NCBI GenBank assembly: GCA_965231075.1
Contig: OZ246412.1
Span: forward strand, 463,282 to 527,281
Direction: 5' to 3'
Length of the DNA: 64,000 bases
Source of the DNA: an uncultured Candidatus Saccharibacteria bacterium
Lineage (GTDB): Bacteria > Patescibacteriota > Minisyncoccia > RBG-13-40-8-A
Shown here: positions 57,776-64,000 of the stretch, one piece after another
Position numbering within the stretch: position 1 is the stretch's first letter
Layout of the letters: every line of letters starts with the position of its first letter
Translations under genes and position numbers: made by a program
Notes under the pieces: generated by a model
Database searches by the model: none
Told to the model about the DNA's origin: nothing
The model's input: only the letters and a program-made list of their open reading frames with translations

Positions 57776-59326
57776 TTAATGATTAGTTCCACACTTTTTA
57801 TATTTAGACCAGCCATCTAGTTGAAGATGATTATGATTTCCTTCTGGGTTGATCCAGATGTCTTCAAGGCTTCCGTCCCAAAGTTGTTCAGCGCATTCTT
57901 CAGCTGCATTTTCAAGATTTTTTTCGTTTGTACCGTTAGCAAAATCCACTGCCAAAGAACAGCTTCGACAATCAACCGACCCCACAGAGCAATTAGTGGG
58001 ACCGAAATCTGACCTTCTATAACCGCCGTAATGCAAACTACATAACGAATGACCACAACAGCTCGAATCGCACGAATCTTTGTCTGATGAACACGTACCA
58101 CTATTTGATGTGGGATTAAAACATCTTCCCAGGTTTCCATATGTGATTGGGCTATTGTCGGAAATAGAAGTTATGATTCTATCGGACGCCGACAATTTAC
58201 TGCTCATACAGCTTAAAATACTCTTAAGTTCCGAACAAGCATCCCTTTCTTGGGTAGTTAGCATCTGTTTGCAAGTGTATTTGCCATCGAAACAACTGAA
58301 AGATGCCTTTACATCGCCACAACTATTCGTTGGTGTATCGATACACTTCTGATAATCACAACCTATGCGACAATAAGTACTAGAAGTTCCACCACAATCA
58401 AACAAACTCGTATCATCTCCTGTTGTGGCCTCTTTTTTGGTTTGATAGATAACATATTTACTAGACGAATTACCACAGGTGTTCTTCGATGCCCCCGTGT
58501 AGCAAGTACACATTGCTTGGTCATTTAAATAGCATTTTTTTGCAAACGTTGTTAGGGTCGCATCGAAACATTCCTGTTGACTATTATAACAATTACTACT
58601 AACTTGACAATTAGAGGATGCTTCATTTAACGTACATGCCGAAACACTTTTTAGCCCTGTATCGCTTGCGCAATATAGTTTTGCAGCGTCCATTTTTAAT
58701 GATGAATGACAATAAGTAGACGCATTGGCACTAACGCACTTTTCAAGACATTCTTCTTTGTCTGCAAAATTAAGGTAAACCTTGGCGTTTGTTCCGATCT
58801 GTGATGCTCCAGAGTCTGCAGGATTCAAATCATAAACCGGAGTTTCGCAAACACAGAATTTACCCTCTTCTACTGGTGGCGTTTCTGGTGTTTCTGGTGC
58901 ATCGGTTACCCCTCCTCCCGTACATTCTATTTTATTCCACGGCCAAGGAAATTGGCCAGGATTGGCTAGCTTATTAAAAATTGTATCAATTGCTGTCCAC
59001 GCTAATAGCGCAATAATTAAACCAATAACAACATTCTTGATTACGCTTTTGCCCTTGCTTAACAATCCCGGATCGGCACCAGCAAATAAAATCATTCCAC
59101 CGCCAACAGCAATTAAAATGGGTCCGATAATGATGATTAGACCGATAAGTAAATCCACAATTAGTTGTGCCATCTTAAAGATATCACAGAGCGTGCAATC
59201 GGCTTGATTTATTGAACTTCTCCCGCAAATCACAAATGGACCATTAAAGTCTGGCAGCCCTGCGAAAGAGATTGTCGGCAAAACGGTGCCAATAATTATC
59301 AGCGACAGAAGTAAATATGTTTTCAT
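57776..59326 (-). CDS. Pilin-like N-terminus + Cys-rich region + possible M15-type peptidase C-terminus
   Basis: CTLCD, GG.MI.FAGA.P...KGK..I..V.IG; SLHY.G...AVDF...EGNHNH. Confidence 0.75.
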   Translation of the reverse strand: MKTYLLLSLIIIGTVLPTISFAGLPDFNGPFVICGRSSINQADCTLCDIFKMAQLIVDLLIGLIIIIGPILIAVGGGMILFAGADPGLLSKGKSVIKNVVIGLIIALLAWTAIDTIFNKLANPGQFPWPWNKIECTGGGVTDAPETPETPPVEEGKFCVCETPVYDLNPADSGASQIGTNAKVYLNFADKEECLEKCVSANASTYCHSSLKMDAAKLYCASDTGLKSVSACTLNEASSNCQVSSNCYNSQQECFDATLTTFAKKCYLNDQAMCTCYTGASKNTCGNSSSKYVIYQTKKEATTGDDTSLFDCGGTSSTYCRIGCDYQKCIDTPTNSCGDVKASFSCFDGKYTCKQMLTTQERDACSELKSILSCMSSKLSASDRIITSISDNSPITYGNLGRCFNPTSNSGTCSSDKDSCDSSCCGHSLCSLHYGGYRRSDFGPTNCSVGSVDCRSCSLAVDFANGTNEKNLENAAEECAEQLWDGSLEDIWINPEGNHNHLQLDGWSKYKKCGTNH

Positions 59327-59327
59327 A

Positions 59328-59600
59328 TTATTTAAATGGATCAAAATAATTTTTATTTAATATTTCGTTTATGTTATTTTCTTGTTGGGAAAATTTATTG
59401 ATTAAGGCATTATAGATGCTCTCTTTAATTTCTAGTCTGGGTGGCATAATTTCTTGCGGACTATAGATTGGCGTATAAATGTATTTATAGAACACAATCC
59501 CTAGGTACATAATTATAACAACAAACATCAAAATTGTCCATATTCGCCAATGGTTTTTAAAAAATATCGAAACTGATTTAATTAATTTATTCTGATTCAT
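59328..59600 (-). CDS. Hypothetical single-TM protein in pilus operon
   Basis: 90 aa ending in DPFK. Confidence 0.7.
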   Translation of the reverse strand: MNQNKLIKSVSIFFKNHWRIWTILMFVVIIMYLGIVFYKYIYTPIYSPQEIMPPRLEIKESIYNALINKFSQQENNINEILNKNYFDPFK

Positions 59601-60132
59601 TGCTTTGAGATGGTAATTTAATTTGCAGAATGGTTCTAATTTCGCCCAACGAAAATAGTTCTGATTCTCTGGAAAACAAATCTTTTTCTGTTAATTTTCT
59701 TGTTTGCATTGATTCAATGCTAATCAAATATGGATTGTTTTCGATCCATCCAATAAATTTCATTAAATTTTCGAAGCTTCCCGTTAAAATTAAATTAAAA
59801 ATTGGATATTCGGCAGACTTTATTTCTAAATCATTAGAGGTCCTAGCAGCATTGTTCTCCAATTCGACAATAAAATCAATGATTTGTTTTTCAGTTAGAT
59901 TAATTTTAAACATTGCTAAATCCTCTGTGATTTTTTTATATTTAAATTCTATCTGTTTTAAGTAGTCGATGTCTATCTTCTTGAGTGATAAAAGTTTTTG
60001 ATTGTCTTCGGTTGTTAAAATTGAATTTTTCTTAATTTCCCGAATCATCGGACAAATTAAAAAACCAACCATCAGAACGATTATGATCGCAAAGATTCCT
60101 GCAGTTAGATATATTTTTTGATGATTATTCAT
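59587..60132 (-). CDS. PilO-like protein
   Basis: TM + coiled coil + GSF..L.KFI..IE; follows pilM/pilN. Confidence 0.8.
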   Translation of the reverse strand: MNNHQKIYLTAGIFAIIIVLMVGFLICPMIREIKKNSILTTEDNQKLLSLKKIDIDYLKQIEFKYKKITEDLAMFKINLTEKQIIDFIVELENNAARTSNDLEIKSAEYPIFNLILTGSFENLMKFIGWIENNPYLISIESMQTRKLTEKDLFSRESELFSLGEIRTILQIKLPSQSNESE

Positions 60133-60664
60133 ATATAAAACTAAATCTGAAATCAATATTTTTCGGATTAGTCAAATTGGAAATCGGAAAATCAATCTCT
60201 TGGTATCGAGCTGATCCTTCTAATTGTTGTTTGATTTTCAACAAACTCTCGCGAGTTGGCGAAAATCCGACAATTGTTATTCTTTTCGTGACAGAATTCA
60301 CTTCTAAATTATAGACGCTTACCTCTGATAATAATTCAGGGATAACATTTGATAGTGTTTGATAAAAATCGCTTTGATTTTTGCTAATTTTTTCTAAATC
60401 ATTTAATTTTTTGTTTAACTCTTTAACCTTCTTTTCGATTCCTTTAATGGTGTTGGTTTGTATGATTTTGGATTGTTCGATCACGATTTCTTGATTGATC
60501 GCACTGGATTTAGCATTAGAGAATATTAAAAATCCGCTCAGGAATAATATCGTAATCAATAACAAGAAAACAATAAAACAACCCGCAAAAATTATATTGT
60601 GTTCAATAAGGTGTAATCTTAATCTGTTCTTTTGTTCTGTTGGTAAAAGGTTTAATTTTATCAT
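60125..60664 (-). CDS. PilN-like protein
   Basis: IKLNLLP N-terminus, I.G.S.TRE.L. Confidence 0.85.
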   Translation of the reverse strand: MIKLNLLPTEQKNRLRLHLIEHNIIFAGCFIVFLLLITILFLSGFLIFSNAKSSAINQEIVIEQSKIIQTNTIKGIEKKVKELNKKLNDLEKISKNQSDFYQTLSNVIPELLSEVSVYNLEVNSVTKRITIVGFSPTRESLLKIKQQLEGSARYQEIDFPISNLTNPKNIDFRFSFIYE

Positions 60665-61800
60665 TATATGTTTTTAGAATTAATGCCTCTCAATGCCAAT
60701 CCTAATACCGTAGAATAGCTTAGAGATTCTTCGTACGAAAATTCGGGAAATTTTAATTCATTCAGACAACTTGTCGGCTTTCTCTTGCTAGAACAAAGAA
60801 TGTTAACCCATGGATTTCCCAAAACAACTGGTAATTTTAACCAAAGTGAAAGATATTCAGCAATGCCAGACAAATTCGCTCCGCCACCACAAAGAATTAC
60901 TTTAGAAATCCTATCCAAACAATCTTTTTGATGTTCATCGTGTTGTTCATAAAACGATGCGCAATCTTTGATGCTCTCTACGAGTTTGGTTAGGACTGGT
61001 AATAGTATGTTAAAAATTTTCCCGTTGTCTTTATTTTTGTCTAGTCCAATTTTAAACTTTAAAACCTTGGCTTCTTCCCAGCTGATTTTCATTTGATCGG
61101 CGATTTCTTTTATCATTTGATTGTTGGATATTGGAATACTAGACGTAAATCTAATACTGTGACCAGAAAAAATATTAAAACTAGTTCGATTAAATCCAAG
61201 GTCGATAATTAATACTGGCTTGTCAGTAAATTCGTTTTTAATCAAACTTCTGATTGAGGCGATGGATTCTGTCTCAAAGACTATTGGCTCGATATCGGCT
61301 TTTCTTAGCACGCCTAAATATCTATCGATTATCTTTTTAGGAACGGCGTTAATTAGAATATCAAAATGATCGGCGTGCCCCTGTTCTTGCCTAATAATCT
61401 GCCAATCCATATAGACCTCATTTGACGGAAAAGGAATATTTGCTTCTGCTTCCCATTTAATGGCTGTTTCCAGCTCGGCCATGGTCATTTTCGGCATCCG
61501 GATAATTTTTATAAAACTATGTTGTTCCGGCAGAGAACAGACCGCATAATTAGATCTTAATTTTTTACCCTTTATTTCTTTTGTGGTTTTTCGTATTAAA
61601 TCAATTAATTCTTGATCCTTTATGATTTCACCCTCTTCAATAATCCCCGGCGGAACACTGACTCGATTATGACTTATTAACCTAGCCCCATTATTACTTT
61701 TTTTTAGTTGCGCAATCTTAATTGAAGAATCAGAAATGTCCAGGCCGAAAGCCTGAATATTTTTATATGATTTAGAAAAGATAATATTTTTGATGTTCAT
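60664..61800 (-). CDS. pilM: Type IV pilus assembly protein PilM
   Basis: FGLDISD.SIK, WEAE..IP, IIDLG, LCGGGA.L.G, GLALR. Confidence 0.93.
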   Translation of the reverse strand: MNIKNIIFSKSYKNIQAFGLDISDSSIKIAQLKKSNNGARLISHNRVSVPPGIIEEGEIIKDQELIDLIRKTTKEIKGKKLRSNYAVCSLPEQHSFIKIIRMPKMTMAELETAIKWEAEANIPFPSNEVYMDWQIIRQEQGHADHFDILINAVPKKIIDRYLGVLRKADIEPIVFETESIASIRSLIKNEFTDKPVLIIDLGFNRTSFNIFSGHSIRFTSSIPISNNQMIKEIADQMKISWEEAKVLKFKIGLDKNKDNGKIFNILLPVLTKLVESIKDCASFYEQHDEHQKDCLDRISKVILCGGGANLSGIAEYLSLWLKLPVVLGNPWVNILCSSKRKPTSCLNELKFPEFSYEESLSYSTVLGLALRGINSKNI

Positions 61801-61806
61801 GGTCAA

Positions 61807-63078
61807 TTATTCGATCTCTTCCCACTCGGTTAATTCCCCGCTTCCACCGGGGCCACTAGAAAAAATTACGCTTTCTAGTCCGCTTTCGTATTCAATTAGC
61901 GAATTATTGTTTAATTTAATTTTATATCCCGTGATCTCTTTCGCCTTCATATTATTATTTAAATAAATCATACCGTTGTTAGCATAAAAAATTGCGCCCC
62001 TAGCGTTGTTACTCACGGATATTGCTGGGGTAGACGGATTAATCGAGTTGTTTGTAGACAAGATCATAATAAAACTTGATGTGTCGCCTGATCCTCTTAA
62101 TATTGCATTATTACCACTAACTATTCTTCCGTCAGATAGAATTATCCCGCTTAATGGACCATAAACATTATTGTCTAATTCGATAATTGCATTGTTGCTA
62201 AATGTAATCGTCCCCGTAACATAGATTGTGCCGGTAATCTTTAAACGAGCATTATTAGTAACAAGTAAATTTTTGGGACTGGCCGGGGTACCGATTTGAA
62301 TTGGGCCCAGAGAATTGGATGTACCACCGTAGGTTACATTGTCATTAATAATCCCCCCCGTTAATGCTTCTTGTTTCCAATTATTAATTTGTGAATCAGG
62401 AATAGGCAGGCCAACTGGTTGAATTTCGTTCACTTGTGTTGTGGTTGATCCTTCAACGTCGCAAGTATTCGTTCCGCCACTAACATAGGTTAGATTTCCT
62501 TGAATGTTGGCATTATCACATGAATAGGTTAAGGCATCTTGATTTACAGTCACTCCTTGTATTTTATTGCCATTATGTGCGACTATTGCACTGTTATAAA
62601 TAATTCCTGATCCAGTAATGTTGCCATTGGAAAAGACATTCCCCTTAATTCCCGAATTGTTACCCATTTCAATGCCGCCCTCTCCAGCTTGAGCGCCATA
62701 GTGAAAAGAAACTCCCTCACTGTTAACAGAATAAACTGCTCTAATTTTTCTGATGCGGTTATTTTTATCTCCTTCTACGGTGATTGTTCTCGCGCCACCG
62801 ATTGGATCTGATATATTAATTGTAGCACTTACATCCTCAACTGTTAAATTATTAGACAGAACATAATTCATCCCCTTGGATAATCTTAATAGAGAATCCT
62901 CTATTCCGGATTCAGCCGCATAATAGGCCCGTAATGAGTAGATATTGTTGCGAATTGATTTTAAATTATTATAGACAATATAGCTGGCACTTAGAACAAT
63001 TATCGAACTAGCGATTAAGATTAAAATCGTAGAGAAGATAGCAGCAAAGCCTGATTTTGTTTTTAAAATATTTTTCAT
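61807..63078 (-). CDS. PilX-like minor pilin with Asn/Gly-rich beta-helical domain
   Basis: KSGFA, AYYAAESGIEDSL, C-terminal W.E. Confidence 0.82.
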   Translation of the reverse strand: MKNILKTKSGFAAIFSTILILIASSIIVLSASYIVYNNLKSIRNNIYSLRAYYAAESGIEDSLLRLSKGMNYVLSNNLTVEDVSATINISDPIGGARTITVEGDKNNRIRKIRAVYSVNSEGVSFHYGAQAGEGGIEMGNNSGIKGNVFSNGNITGSGIIYNSAIVAHNGNKIQGVTVNQDALTYSCDNANIQGNLTYVSGGTNTCDVEGSTTTQVNEIQPVGLPIPDSQINNWKQEALTGGIINDNVTYGGTSNSLGPIQIGTPASPKNLLVTNNARLKITGTIYVTGTITFSNNAIIELDNNVYGPLSGIILSDGRIVSGNNAILRGSGDTSSFIMILSTNNSINPSTPAISVSNNARGAIFYANNGMIYLNNNMKAKEITGYKIKLNNNSLIEYESGLESVIFSSGPGGSGELTEWEEIE

Positions 63079-63082
63079 CTTA

Positions 63083-63613
63083 TTATCTTGTTGTCGCAAC
63101 CGAACTTAAACTGTAAGAGAATTGATACTTTGGATTAGTGGTATTATTTTCGATGGTTAGATTCACCTTTATAGATTCTGAATTAGAGGCAATATATTCG
63201 AATTCCAAATTGGTTATTTTTAATCTTTCTGAAACTAAGAGTTGCGAATTTTGACCATCTCTTTTTAGATAAAAATTATTGTTGGTATCGAAATAAAAAT
63301 CAACATAGGTCGATCGTTCATTCTCGGGCAATTCAACTGTTGTTTCTAGGCTTAGTTGACCAGGATTAGTGTTAAATATACTGGTTGGATTATAAACCTT
63401 ATTTGCGGATTTTATTTCTAATAATATTAATCTCATTATTGAATAAGTGGCGGTAGATATCTCTTTCTTAATTTGATTCTTATGAACAGTTTCTAGTGAG
63501 GTGATGGCGAACACTGTAATTATAGTTATTAGGATTACAAAAATCGATAAATACATTAAAAGTTCAATTATCGTAAATCCGGATTTATTAACAGTGTTAA
63601 TTTTATTTTTCAT
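63083..63613 (-). CDS. Minor type IV prepilin
   Basis: SGFTIIELL cleavage/methylation motif. Confidence 0.88.
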   Translation of the reverse strand: MKNKINTVNKSGFTIIELLMYLSIFVILITIITVFAITSLETVHKNQIKKEISTATYSIMRLILLEIKSANKVYNPTSIFNTNPGQLSLETTVELPENERSTYVDFYFDTNNNFYLKRDGQNSQLLVSERLKITNLEFEYIASNSESIKVNLTIENNTTNPKYQFSYSLSSVATTR

Positions 63614-64000
63614 CTCCAGTTGGTTAAATAGACGCTTAAACTTTCACTAACTGCACCATTGCGATCGACCCAACTAACAATTGCTGTAATTTTTCTTGTA
63701 TTAATGTCGTTATTTACAGGGTTGTAAACGGCTTCAATGTTGTCGTTGGCATCGCGCGAAACGGGACTAAAAATGATCCTACGATTAAATGCTCCGATAT
63801 TTTCACTACCAACAACCATGCTCCAAGACAATTCATTTTTTACTGGATAATAATCAGTGTTCAGCGAGTAATTGCCAATTGTTGCTGACCAAGTATAGTT
63901 GTCTCTTATGAACCGCGTTATTTCTATAGACCCTTCCGCCAAGGATAATGCCTGGAGCCTTAATCGGTTCCGTTCTGAAATGCGCACATCTAAAGCGAAA
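63610..64000 (-). CDS. Minor type IV pilin, C-terminal part (starts beyond window)
   Basis: A..LAE..IE..R.IRD, F.R.I, I...VSW, YLTNW. Confidence 0.75.
   Translation of the reverse strand, partial: FALDVRISERNRLRLQALSLAEGSIEITRFIRDNYTWSATIGNYSLNTDYYPVKNELSWSMVVGSENIGAFNRRIIFSPVSRDANDNIEAVYNPVNNDINTRKITAIVSWVDRNGAVSESLSVYLTNWR

Noticed and set aside
1204-60677. Numerous antisense or nested ORFs of 60-190 aa in the ORF track
   Set aside because: They overlap well-supported genes and show no recognisable motifs
1-64000. CRISPR array, or the 14112 nuclease as part of a cas operon
   Set aside because: No regularly spaced direct repeats and no cas1/cas2 seen; the nuclease is a stand-alone PD-(D/E)xK protein

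Overview
AT-rich bacterial chromosome segment whose gene content points to Patescibacteria/CPR (Parcubacteria-like): VirB2-like pilins, a pilMNO cluster, a CPR-type GT2 and EF-P, few Shine-Dalgarno sites and scattered tRNAs. About 1-20.7 kb is an accessory island. Its leftward module is ParB/DNA-methylase, HTH (small-terminase-like), terminase large subunit, large serine recombinase and a partial SET-domain gene, with no capsid, portal or tail genes in the window. Its rightward arm is defence-rich: a three-gene restriction-modification locus, Mrr, several PD-(D/E)xK nucleases, HRDC-fused XseA plus XseB, and DUF3644/HEPN-like. A SAM-I riboswitch with terminator/antiterminator lies directly upstream of an unknown gene and the R-M locus, and two structured non-coding leaders flank the divergent promoter. 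About 20.7-64 kb is mostly core genes (recG, lepA, murJ, sua5, gyrA, rpsA, ftsH, rplS, rbfA, infB, prs, efp, pilus genes) with 16 tRNAs. Several tRNAs are unusual: Ile-UAU, Arg-GCG, Leu-AAG and five without U55. Short GC-rich palindromic elements occur in three duplicated tRNA fragments (one followed by a small GIY-YIG gene), just upstream of three start codons, and in frame inside proteins. All calls come from reading motifs by eye; no searches or folding programs were run.
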